In this document: one piece after another, positions 47,606 to 58,605 of the stretch
How positions within the stretch are numbered: position 1 is the stretch's first letter
Layout: the number at the start of each line of letters is the position of its first letter
Assembly: GCF_038025025.1 (NCBI RefSeq)
Contig: NW_027117338.1
Location: 558,001-622,000 of the forward strand
Reading direction: 5' to 3'
Length of the DNA: 64,000 nt
Source: Phyllosticta citribraziliensis
Taxonomy: Eukaryota
The notes under the pieces: model-generated
Databases searched by the model: none
Seen by the model: the letters and a program-made list of their open reading frames with translations, nothing else
Told to the model about the DNA's origin: nothing
Program-made: the position numbers and the translations under genes

Positions 47606-48654
47606 TCAACAGTCCTTAAGCACTTCACTGATAGGGACAGAAAGCGTCTCGGATATCATCAACCGCTTTCGGAGACCCAGACTCTGGTGTTGGAGCGTTG
47701 TGATGGTCTCCTGCTGGTGCTTGTTGGTGGTTTCGAGGAAGGCGATTCGACCACCTAGCTGCTGCTTGTACAGAGCCATCACGTGGTCTTTTGCAGTCAG
47801 GCTCATCTCCAAGTGCTGGACTTGCCCTTGGAGGCTGATCTGGAAGTTGAGCTCCGCCTCGCGCCTACCAGTGTCCTCAGCCTGAGGGTCCTTGTGAGCG
47901 CCGCGATTCCCCATCTGGACCCGGTAGAGGCTCTCTCGCGCCTTGCAGAGCTGTTCCAACACGCGTCGACATTTATCTTCTTTAAAGGCAAGCTGCTCTC
48001 TGAGCCCTTTGAGCTCGAGGCGCAGTTCTTCGGCTTCTTTTCGTAAAGGGCCAAGCAGCTGCTCGATGTCATTTATTTCAGAGTAAGGTCCCGTGGAGTG
48101 ACTGCCGTTGCCAGTCGCAATTCCCTGTGACTTCTTGCGATGCTGCATCTGAGCACCGGCGGGAACGAGCGGCGGGGCTGCTGATGGAGAGCCGCCTGAA
48201 TAGATCGGCGTTGTCAAGACTCCATGCGGATTTGGGGCGGAGGGGGCCGTGTGGTGAGGTGCTATGGCACGCCGCGCCGCAGCTTGGTTGGCTTTAGGGT
48301 TGTCAGCAACTACACTAACTCATCCACCTAGAGACGACACTTACATGAAGCGACTTCAATCATCTGAAGCGCGTTGTTTGAGCGCCCTTCGTGGATTCCC
48401 AACACACCAAGGGGTTGGTATGAAGGGTCGACCGAATTGCCCTCTAGTCCACGCACCGTCGTAGTCGATGGTGCAGGGGTTTGGCGTTGCTCGGGACCAT
48501 GCAGAGGAGTCATAAATGATGCTAAAGAGATGTTAGCATTGGCGAAACGGCGGATCTGTCAGGTCGGAGCGAGTTCTAGACGGGGTTTACCTGGGCAAAT
48601 GGGGCATTGGTAGAATTGTTGGTTTGTAGTCGACGCGTGCGGCCTCTGAGACAT
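47606..48654 (-). CDS. Orphan coiled-coil protein C, 308 aa; exons 48654-48591, 48521-48345, 48291-47606
   Basis: Donors gtaaac and gtaagt, branch sites gctaac and gctgac; 927 nt spliced open frame joins ORF-track pieces 48328..48513 and 47606..48217; two coiled-coil blocks. Confidence 0.7.
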
Positions 48655-48744
48655 AGACGGAGCACTGCTGGCACTGGCTGTCGCTCTGAGCTCGCTCTGT
48701 GGACGTTGCATGATGAAGGTCTTGAAAATTCAAGGCGTTGGAGG

Positions 48745-48826
48745 AGCTGGGAAGGAATCGAGCAGCTGGGAAGGAATCGAGCAGCTGGGAAGGAATCGAG
48801 CAGCTGGGTTGGAATCGAGCAGCTGG
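48745..48826. repeat. 19-bp minisatellite, about 4.3 copies
   Basis: agctgggaaggaatcgagc x3, then agctgggttggaatcgagc and agctgg. Confidence 0.95.
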
Positions 48827-48985
48827 TTTGGGTGTATGGTCGCGGAAAATCAAGGCACTGAAGGAGTTGGATCCCCGTCGAGATATCGGACTAGGAAGAA
48901 CTCTTGAGAACCCAGCGAAGATCATGCGGGCGCTGAACCAGTTTGCGAGTCAGCGGCGGTCGGATTACGACCCTTACCTATCATG

Positions 48986-49389
48986 TCGAACTTCACATCT
49001 CCCTGCTTCTACCCTGGCTTACCATGGAGGGCTCAACTCGCTGCCGGCTCCGCGCCTTCCAAAAAAGTCAGTTTACTGGTCTGAGGCGTTTTGCACAGGG
49101 CTTTTGGCTCACCTGGTAGCTCAACTAATGGTCTCCCGTCACTATCACGACGGGCAGAGTATTTGGACGCAGCTCACGACGTGATGGCCCAGACCCGCCA
49201 TATCGAACCTCGCATATCCCTGCTTCTACCTTGGTTTGCGACGGAGGGCGCAACTCGCTGGCCGGCTCTGCAGCTTCAAACTCGTCAGCTGCTAATCTGA
49301 GGCGTTTTGCATAGGGCTTCTGACTCACCTGGTAGCTCCACGGATGCACTGTGTCCTTTACATCAACGACGAGCAGAGTATTTGGACGC
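48986..49389. repeat. Diverged tandem duplication, period about 217 bp (48986-49170 and 49203-49389)
   Basis: Shared blocks tccctgcttctacc, caactcgctg, tctgaggcgttttgca.agggctt, ctcacctggtagctc, gcagagtatttggacgc. Confidence 0.9.
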
Positions 49390-49929
49390 GTGACAAGAAT
49401 GGAAGTGGAATAGTAGCTGAGTGTCTGTTCATTTACGACTACCGATGACTACGGAAGGCGGAGTGGCAACAATCATGGTGTGGTCAAAGTTTGGGGTTCA
49501 CTGGCATAGTTTGGCAGGATGTGCATCGGTACCTACCGACGGATACGGTGGGAGGTGTGGTTGAGTAATGGGTTGGAGAGCGGACATGCACGGCGGCAGT
49601 CGGCACGGTGCGCAGCAAGGCCAAAGATCACCAGGTTCGACATCGAATGGCAGCCCAGCACTTTGGTTACTGAGCTGCCGGGCACAACAGGCACATGCCA
49701 GGTCAAGAGCAGACGAAGGGGAGTGGGGCAAAACTTGCTCACTTACCTGGTGCAATGTGCGGCCCATCACGCAAAGAAGGGGGGGCTTTTCTAAGAAGAC
49801 AGTTCAATTTAATTTCTGTATGCAAGACGAGCAAAAGCAGACTAACCTTTCTTTCAAGAAAGCGACCGTGACCCCAGAAAGGAGGCAAGCCCCCCAGCAT
49901 GTCCGTGTGAAGAGATAGGGACGCTGTCC

Positions 49930-51924
49930 TTACTCCAGACGGATACCCGCAGCGCGATTCTTCCTGGCCGTGGCATCCATGGCCGTGTTCATGCTGGTGT
50001 GCTGACTCGAGTCCAGACTGCTCATCGCCTCGCGCTTCTTCTCTTCTTCGATCTTCTTGAGCCGTTTCTCCGTCTTTTGCTTGCCGGAACCCTTGCCGTG
50101 GAACTGGTGACTGAGGTGCTTGAAAGCTTCTTTTGCGTTCATATGGCGACCATGTTCGTCGACGTACTTGAGGTCGACATTGGGTTTGTATTCCTTGTTG
50201 AAGATTTCGGCCATGCGCTTCGACTCGATCCGGTCGCGGTCTTGATTAGCCTTTTGGGCGAGGGCCTCGCGCTCCCGCGCTGACATGTGCTCCATGCGTC
50301 CACTGCGGCGATCACGCTCGCGTTGCAATTTGGCGCGCTGCTCTGCTTCGACCATGGCCTTGTTGCGCTCGGCAATGAAGCGCTGATGCCCAACGAAGTT
50401 TTCATTGAGTTCCTGCCCGTTCGAATCCTTGACTTGGCCACGCTGCCGGAGAAGCCTGAGTGTAGCGCCAACGCCACGCTCAACGATTTCCTCGTCATCC
50501 AGACCCGTAGTGGTCATGTCGGCAACTGCAGATGCACTGCCTGCCCGGGCCTGGCGCTCTGCTTCATCTTCAACCTCGGCATAGGATTGCTCCATGTTGG
50601 TATCGCCCTCGTCGTCGATCTCGTTGGGTTCAGAACCCTGGCGAGGTGGTTGAGCAGACTTGCTACGCTGACTTTGCGGACGGTCGGCAGGGCCCTGGAG
50701 ATTGGCGATGAATTCAGTCGTTTCGTCGATAACGAGACCCGGCTCTTCCTCTGGAGTCTCGGTGCTGTCCAAAACGCCAGGGGTAGCCGAAGCTTCCTCG
50801 CGGATCTGTCGGGCAAGATCTTCGGGCTTGACCTTCTTCCGCTTCTTCAAAGCCTGTCGTCTCTGCAAGGCCAGCTGTGCTTGCAAGTCCTCATCATCGA
50901 CAAAGTTGTCGTCGAACGTTTTCTTGGGCGCGGATTTGCTCTCGGGCTGGTCAACGTCCATGGCGACAGCGTCAGGCACCTCGGGGGCGGGAAATATGTC
51001 GTCATCGTCCAGGGCCTTTTTCCTCGACTTCTTTTCCTTCTTCTTCTTCGGCTTCTTGACCTTGACTTGAGACGGATCGACGTAGTCCGAGGCGGGTGTG
51101 GATTCGTCTTTGAGAAGGTCGAGGCTGATCTTGATGGATCGGGACGGACCAGACGCATCACCAGCCGTGTTTCTCTCTGCCTCCTCTTTTGTGCGTCCTT
51201 GGCCGTCCAAGGTAAAGAGTTTGCGCTTCTTGCCGTCAATCTCTTCGTCATACTGAGCGAGAATGGCTCCCTGAGTGGTATCATCCAGATTGTTTGGGTC
51301 GTAGGTTCTCTTCCTCTTCTTCGACTCGAGACGTTCATTAACCTTTTCTGCATCCCGAATGTTGACAGCCTCGAGCTCGTCCCCGCCCTCCTCATCGTCA
51401 ACAGCGGTGTCTTTGAGCGTCAAGATGTGCTCCTCGCCTTCCCCAAACTGGTCCAACTCGTGACCGACTTTGACACCAGCTAGGTCGAGCGCAGTGTACT
51501 CGGCCTGAGCCTGGGCCTCTCGCTCTGCCAACTCTTGCTCCAGCTTCTTCAATTTTTCGATCTTCTTCTGTCGTTTCTTCTGTCCTGCGAGCCACGTCTT
51601 GGCATCGACATCGTCGCCGTCTCCAAGTCCCTTGCCTTCGAGTTGCGCAAAGCGCTGGGCCTGCTCGCGTGCCTTTTTGATGGCCTCCTTGCGCGCGTTG
51701 GCTTTGGCCCTGGCCTCTTGCTCGGCCAGATGCTTGCTCCAGTTGCCGTAGCTGGCCTCGGTGCGCGTTTCGAGGGTGCTGGCAGGCTCTTCGTCCGAGT
51801 CGGAGCCTTTGGATTCTTGGAAGACGGGGCCGGATGGGGCTTCCTGGCCGGGGACCGGGAGGGGCTTCATGCCCATGGCCACGCGAATCTTGTTCGCCTC
51901 CTCGATGGAGATGGCGTCGGCCAT
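49930..51924 (-). CDS. SNU66: U4/U6.U5 tri-snRNP protein Snu66 / SART-1
   Basis: N-terminal HIND motif ISIEEANKIRVAMGMKPL; GVKVGH, ILTLKD, YKPNVDLKYVDEHGR, KEAFKHLSHQFHGKGSGKQKTEKRL. Confidence 0.96.
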   Translation of the reverse strand: MADAISIEEANKIRVAMGMKPLPVPGQEAPSGPVFQESKGSDSDEEPASTLETRTEASYGNWSKHLAEQEARAKANARKEAIKKAREQAQRFAQLEGKGLGDGDDVDAKTWLAGQKKRQKKIEKLKKLEQELAEREAQAQAEYTALDLAGVKVGHELDQFGEGEEHILTLKDTAVDDEEGGDELEAVNIRDAEKVNERLESKKRKRTYDPNNLDDTTQGAILAQYDEEIDGKKRKLFTLDGQGRTKEEAERNTAGDASGPSRSIKISLDLLKDESTPASDYVDPSQVKVKKPKKKKEKKSRKKALDDDDIFPAPEVPDAVAMDVDQPESKSAPKKTFDDNFVDDEDLQAQLALQRRQALKKRKKVKPEDLARQIREEASATPGVLDSTETPEEEPGLVIDETTEFIANLQGPADRPQSQRSKSAQPPRQGSEPNEIDDEGDTNMEQSYAEVEDEAERQARAGSASAVADMTTTGLDDEEIVERGVGATLRLLRQRGQVKDSNGQELNENFVGHQRFIAERNKAMVEAEQRAKLQRERDRRSGRMEHMSAREREALAQKANQDRDRIESKRMAEIFNKEYKPNVDLKYVDEHGRHMNAKEAFKHLSHQFHGKGSGKQKTEKRLKKIEEEKKREAMSSLDSSQHTSMNTAMDATARKNRAAGIRLE

Positions 51925-52585
51925 GGTTGCGATGTGGTTTGATGGGTGGTGGAGACGGAATTGACGGTGAGGAGGTGAGAGGTGGTTTGCAGGAGGACGG
52001 GGCGAGGTTCCATTGTCAGCGACGGGCGGGCGACGGCCGACAGCCAGACAAGCGATGCCAAGCTTTGCTCACCGCCTGGTAGTTCTGCCGCGGCACAGGC
52101 CACACTCCGCCAACATAAAAACTTCGCCGGGGGCCCACCATTCTCTCTACCAAAACAAGGACTTGTGTCCAGCACCTCCTGCGCGCTTTCGAGCGTCTGC
52201 GGTCGAGGAGCTGCGACAGTTCGGCTGGCCACGCTTTGGGGCATTTTGCGTTCCTCACGGTAGCCGACAGGTCTGAGATTGAAGCAACGCTCGTCTGAAT
52301 CGTTCCCTTCGGGTTGAGCGCCTAGGGCGAGTGCTTGCCGGCTCCATATTCCTACTCTTGGCATTGAGTCCTCTTCGGAGGGTCGTCGTTTAGACGGTGA
52401 GGCCGGGACTAACCATGGATTGCCAACATGCATGCTTTGGATAGCCTTGAAATTGAATGTTTTATATCTACATGTACACAATTCTCTCCTCAACGTGCTT
52501 GCTCTTGACCAGCTCCTGAGCCTCATTGCCGTGACTGCTTGACCGTACCATGACCGCCTGCCCAGTTCCTTGCCTCCACCAACAT

Positions 52586-53296
52586 TCAAGCCTTGTCCGC
52601 CGTCATGACCTCCGTCTTCTGAACCTTGATCTCCCCTTCTTTTGCCAGCTCCACCTGTCCATCCTTGATATCCTCTTCCTCTGCCAGCTCCACCTGCCCA
52701 TCCTTGAGATCCAGCTCCTCGTCAAACATTTGTATCTGCTTCTTCATCTCCACCGGGCTGACCTTTTTGCCCTGCATGTCCTTCAACTCGTCGTACATGG
52801 TCGTCGGCGGCAAGCCCAACAGTTTTCTTTGCTTCTCGTACCGCTTCTTGACCGCGTCCGTCTGCATGATGCGCCATCGCAGCGCCCATCCGCCCATGCC
52901 CAACTCCTTGATGCGCTCCGCCTTCTCGCCCAGGAGGTACTCGTCGAGGCCGCCGACCTTGCGGATGGTGCGCAGCACGCGGCGCGACACCTTGACTTTG
53001 ATGAGCCGGCCGAGCGAGTCGGAGCGCAGCCGCAGCTTCTCGAGGTTTGGCCGCCACTTTCGGCGTGTCTTTTGCTCGTACTCTTCCGACACCTTGTTGC
53101 CGAATTGGATCCGTGCTCCGCCGTAGAGTCCAAAGTTGGATTGCTTGTACCAGTATGCTTGGCCGTATGGGTATGCTGGGATTTGGGCGTGGTCGTGGGC
53201 CAGACGGTTGCGTGTTGACCTCGCGAGGAAAGGTGTGGTTGTGCTGAAGGTCCGCGTCTGTTGCGCAGCGCATTGGAGGGAGCGGCGGAGCGCCAT
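52586..53296 (-). CDS. MRPL24: Mitochondrial ribosomal protein bL28m (MrpL24)
   Basis: Presequence; YKQSNFGLYGG..IQFGNKVSE...KTRRKWRPN, RVLRTIRKVGGLDEYLL, LGMGGWALRW. Confidence 0.95.
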   Translation of the reverse strand: MALRRSLQCAAQQTRTFSTTTPFLARSTRNRLAHDHAQIPAYPYGQAYWYKQSNFGLYGGARIQFGNKVSEEYEQKTRRKWRPNLEKLRLRSDSLGRLIKVKVSRRVLRTIRKVGGLDEYLLGEKAERIKELGMGGWALRWRIMQTDAVKKRYEKQRKLLGLPPTTMYDELKDMQGKKVSPVEMKKQIQMFDEELDLKDGQVELAEEEDIKDGQVELAKEGEIKVQKTEVMTADKA

Positions 53297-53572
53297 GGTG
53301 GACTTGGGCGATTGGACTGCCGCCCTGTGATTTTTGAGAGGAGGAGCTGAACGTCGAGGCGTCTGGAGGATGGATTGGAGACGGCGATGTCCTCCGCTCG
53401 ACAGGAAGCACTGGCCGGTGGTTTTGCGCGTCGCTCCGACTGCTGTGGCTGGTGTGTGGCTTGCCAGTTGTGCGACTCAGCCACTAGCCTTGTCTGACGT
53501 CGTGGCTGACTTTCTGCTTAGAATTTCCAACGCGGCCGCCATTGCAAGTCAACGCTCCATCCTCGCAGCAAA

Positions 53573-54249
53573 ATGGCTTACGCCTATCGAACTGTCCCCG
53601 TGCCCGTCTTGTGGCTCTTCACCGGAGGCATTGGCGTCCTCAGCGGCATCGTTTTTGGCGGCATGTGGCTTGCAAAGCAAGTCGGCCAAGAAGCGTATGT
53701 GAAAGGCCTCTTAGCAGGGAGATTAGAAGAGCAGGCCAAAACAAAGCGCGAAGAAGAAGAAGAAGCATCAGAAGAGTCAGACTCGGAAGACGAGTCCGAG
53801 TTCGAGGCACAAGAGCTGGATCCTTTCAACGACCGCAACGAAGAATGCAAGCTTGTCTTGGTCGTACGCACCGATTTGAAGATGGGCCAAGGTTCGCAAT
53901 CCTCTCTCGCATCACCTCCACCATATGCTCACAAATAGCAGGAAAAGTTGCTGCTCAGTGCGGCCACGCCACCCTTGCCTGCTACAAAGCTTTCCTGCGA
54001 ACCGCCCCCGACTCGCCCGTCCTCAAGCGCTGGGAACGTTACGGACAGATGAAGGTGGCCCTGAAGTGCACGAGCGAGGACGAGATGCAAATGCTGCAGG
54101 CGCAGGCTCTCAGTCTTGGTCTCTGTGCTCAGATTATTCACGACGCTGGCCGAACTCAGATTGCTGCTGGAAGCGCAACGGTGCTTGGAATCGGACCCGG
54201 TCCAGTTAGTGTGATAAACCAGGTTACGGGACATCTGAAGCTTCTATGA
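53573..54249 (+). CDS. PTH2: Peptidyl-tRNA hydrolase 2; intron 53892-53941
   Basis: N-terminal TM anchor; ECKLVLVVRTDLKMGQ|GKVAAQCGHA, GQMKVAL, IHDAGRTQIAAGSATVLGIGPGP, VTGHLKLL. Confidence 0.96.
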
Positions 54250-55159
54250 TTGAAGTTACATTATGGCATGGAAGCATGGCGAAGGCGTTGTGGGAACATA
54301 CAGGGGGATGGGTATGTCATGGCACAATCAAGACACTTTTACCTGGTGAGGAGCTGTTCTGCTGCTTTGTTGCTCGAAAATGCTGCAGGAATATCAATTT
54401 TGGCTTTCTGACTTGGACAGAATCAATTCTTGTATTCTGGACTCGTTGCGGGCCTCTTCGCCATGTTCGGTGATCGGTAAGTGGACTTTGTTTTCGAAAA
54501 GCAAGACAACGTGGTATCACAAGCAGCCATTGTTCCTGAAAGACGTGATACAGGTTGTGGTGAGACACCACCACAGCTCCGGTCGTCTCTTTCGCAAGAA
54601 TACGTAACGTCCACGACGTGACTTTGTAAAAGAAGGAGTAGAGAATTGCCCAAGAAGAGGTGTGAGACGCACTCTATTTCGCCAAAAGCGTTCACCAGAT
54701 CAGTGAAGCAACATTCAATCCAAATAACAGAATTTCTCGCTCAGTCGTTATCTTTCAAACCGGCATTACTGCCATAGCAAAGCAAGTGTAGTACTTTATA
54801 TCGACGAATGGCGCACCGCTACCCAGCCATCCATCTGTGGAGAAGAGAACAGAAGAAGAAGAGCAACAGGAAATGAATGCAACGCGAGACACGATTGCGC
54901 CCCGTCCAGCCAGCCAGCCATGCAAATATTGCTTGCTTGCTTGCTTCCGTGCCAAACACCGCAAACGACGAGCCACGCAGCCAGAGATGTACGTACCGTA
55001 CCGTACCGTATCGCGCCCGCTCAGACAAGACACCTAACCGACCAGCCGACCAACCAATGCAACACAGCCCGACCCAAATAAAATGCTCAAGAAACAGGAG
55101 ACAGGCAGGAGAGAAAACGACGAACAGGCACGCGGAAACAATTCCCTCACTCTCTCACC

Positions 55160-56619
55160 TCACCCCCGCCTCTTGACGCGCGCAATTTTCTTCCTACTCC
55201 TGTCCCGCTCCCGCTCCCGCTCCCACTCATCGCGGCCCTCAAAGCTGGCCCACTCAACCGTCGTGTCGACTCTTATTCCGCGAGGCCCACCCACACCACC
55301 TCCACCTCCCCCTGCCCGCTTCAACTCGATGAAATCGGCCGCCGCGTCCTTGGTGCCGTTGCCTCTCCCCGAGAAAATCGGGCTGGGCACGCCGGGCAAG
55401 CTGCGCTGCTCGACGACGTCGTCGTCCAGGGACCAGCGCGACACGTTCAGGTTCTTGGCCGACGCGCTATCGTTGTCTTTGACGTTATCGAGGAACCAGG
55501 GCGCCGTGTTGCGGCGCGAGCGGGAGCGGGAGTGACTGCCGCTTCGACTGCCGCTGCCGATACCGTTGATGTTGTTGTTCTTCGTGTTCGGGGCATACTT
55601 GTTGCCGTAGTAGTAGTTGCCGGCGGCGGGGTTCGACTTGGACTTGTTGTACATGGCCCGGTGTGAGCGCGACGAGGGGTTGCTTGCGAAGCCGAGGGCG
55701 TGCAGGCCGCGCATGAGGATCGGACGCAGCGATGGCAGACAGGCACAGACTACCGCAAGGGCGACTTCGATGGCGGACCACATGGCGGGTAATTGATTGT
55801 GTGAGACGGTGTCGTTGCGCTTGAAGCTTGTTGCGACGGCGTGGAGACGCACGATGGAAATGATACAGCTCCTGATGTGTGAGGGCTCGAGGTCAGCTTT
55901 TGGTTCGGCGTTGAGAGACGGAAAGAACAGTACGTACAGTCCGCCGATGCTAAAGGCGACGAGCAACGCAATGTACTGGCTCTTGGAGACTTGCAGCTTG
56001 TTGAGTGCGGGAATAGGGATTAGTATTATCACTAGATCAGTGCTGATATTGAAGCCAGCATTGACGTAATTCGAGATGAGAGGGTTGATGCATTGGCCTT
56101 GGATGCTGCGGTTCCAAAACGCCTCGACAGGTATGCAGACAAAGACACCCACCAAGATTGCTTGGAGCGTGTACACAATCACAAAGGCCATCGTGAGCCA
56201 TGTGAGTAGCCTCGTGCGTCGATCGAGGAAGATGCGCAGATACTGCGTGAGGATCGAGAGTTTTGACAGTCCCAGCGCTATCATGTGCACCCACACAGTC
56301 GCCCAGAAGTATTGGAGTACCGACGACAGGTTGTGAGGGGCAAGCTCTTCAGCGTGGTAGCCCATGCCATTGTTTGCCTCTGTTTTCCGTCAGCCGCGGA
56401 TTACGAGCCAGTTGAGAGTAGAGTAGACTTGCGTAGATGTATCAAGACAACCAGAGGTATTAGTGAAATCCACGCTACCACTACGAGCGCGTCATCGAAC
56501 CCAAGCCCACAAGTGACTCGATATCGTACACCGATTTTGAGACACACAAACAAGAGGGACAGGAACAGATTAGCGTAGGCGACAATGACTGCCCGTAAAG
56601 CCCCAGAGGCAATCTGCAT
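55160..56619 (-). CDS. PTH11-like (fungal rhodopsin-domain) integral membrane protein without CFEM, 3 exons
   Basis: GLGFDDALVVVAW, GMGYH, SKLSILTQYLRIF, VCIPVEAFWN..G.C, NISTDLVIILIPIP, SIVRL, WSAIEVALAVVCACLPSLRP; introns near 56380-56431 and 55872-55938. Confidence 0.88.
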
Positions 56620-58605
56620 TGTTAATCCGACTGCAGACGAGGAATAGACACGGGGAACTCGAGAAAGGCATGGGTGGTTCAGGTGGAGTCGGAAAAGAAG
56701 GTACTCGGAAAGTCACAGGCAGAGAGTTGGTCCAGCTGCTTCTTGTGCCATCTGCAGCGCTGCAGCATCCATAAGCGCGGCAGAAAACACAATTCCTTGT
56801 GAGGGACCCGACAAGCTTCCCCAGATCAACATGCGACGGCCCGGTGACCGCGTTGAAACACTAACCTTGTCCCTGCAGCGCTGGAGAACGCATTGATGAC
56901 TGCAGGAGCGAGGTGTGGTGGTTTGCAGCAATATCCACATGGAACCGGGGCGTTGATCAAGCAATGTTATCATTTCTCACCAAAGACGTGGAAATATTTG
57001 TCCAACTCGACATGTCGAAACTGGTCTTTCTTGGTAGGTTGACGTTAGGGTAAGGTTAAAGGAGAAACAAAGTAAGCCTACCTTGACAAAAGTCAAACAG
57101 TCCAGGGTAGGAGACGGGACCGAGTCTTGAGCCAAGGCGAACAGAGCGCCCGGTCTGACCAGGCAAACCATCTTGAAGCAACAGTGACGCCACAAGGAAT
57201 CCGAGCCCTACTGTTGGCAGGGCCAAGCAGCCACAGTTGAACAAACAAGCGAGTGCGGCTGAATGATGGCCACTTGAATACTTTGACTGCGGACGTAGCT
57301 GAGATAAGCGACAGCTGTCGAAGTATACTGAAGTAGCAAAAATACCGCATCGTGCAAAAGAAGTCTGCTCTGGATGCTCCTCCTGCGCCTTGTTGACCGG
57401 TGGTTCAACAGCATGTCATGTGCTGATATCGACAGTCTCGGCAGCCTTGGCTGGTGCGACGAAGTGTTGGTAGGGGTGACAGTTGCTGCAATGTCAATGC
57501 TTCTGGGAGAGTGCGGGGGGCTTGGGGTCGGCGACTTGGAGGGACCAAGCCGTTGTGTATCCCTTGTGCTGACATTTGATAAATGCCGAGATGTGACCCA
57601 AAACATCTATTTCATGAATCTGGAATTCTCAGCCGCAGTGATTTCGAGTCATGACTGCCGCAATAGCCTTGAAATGGCTTTTCACAGAGAGCCGGCATAC
57701 TCAGTTGACAGGTTAGTGGTCGATCTGGCGGCTGACAGATGAGGGTCCTTCGGTACTGACACCGCTCGAATGGTAACAAAGGCGAGCGAGCCGTAGCTAT
57801 TCTGGGTGTTTGGTGAGCGCGGGTAGACCTGGAGCAGCCCAACTGGGGGGTGAAGTCGTGATTGGGTTGAGGTTTCGCGCGCTACTAGCCTCGAGTTTCA
57901 GCTACGAGGCGCGCTCCCGCCCGCATGATCAACAGCTCGCCGCACAGCGCAAGCCTCGCATGAGGCCAGATGCGTGTTTTCAGAATGGCAATGACGCATT
58001 TCGGCTGAGTAACTTTTCAGAGTCGGTTGATGGCATTCGGTAATCGGTCGGGTGATGCAGTCGAACGGCACGTTGGCGATTAGGCTTGATATATAAGCAT
58101 CTTCGCTGTATTTTAGCTCAAGGCGCGTCGATCCCGAGGAAACCCTGTCCTGGCACTTTCCTAGGACCTGGTCGGTCATGGTTACCAGAAGCGTTCATCT
58201 GGAGGAAAGAGCTGTTGTCCACCAGTCGAAGTCGAGGTCGGCGATGGGAGAGGGTGCGGTGATCAATTGAGGGTTGGCGAGGCGAGCCAAACTTCGATTG
58301 TGCGTGAGTTGGCAGCAGACAGACGACAGGGTGGGTGTGTTGTTGAGGAAGGTGGAGAGTGACTGCCTCAAGCCCTCAACGGACCCGGACACGGACCAGC
58401 CCCGTGGCTCGCTTAGCGCACGGACCATCGCAGCGCCCTCCATGTCCATGTCCGGACTCCCGGGTTGGAGACATTGCGGTGGACGCATACCGCGTTCCAT
58501 GCAATTTGTGTTGGATGCTTTCGTCTGCTTCTTATTCAGGCTTTTGCCTTGACTGGGACTTTGAAGATGAGCAATAGATAACGCAGCTGTATGTACACAT
58601 GTTGT

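Noticed and set aside
48745..48826. Short repeats as a CRISPR-like array
   Set aside because: Units are head-to-tail with no spacers, the context is eukaryotic, and there are no cas genes
50287..51483. 398-aa plus-strand ORF
   Set aside because: Antisense shadow of SNU66
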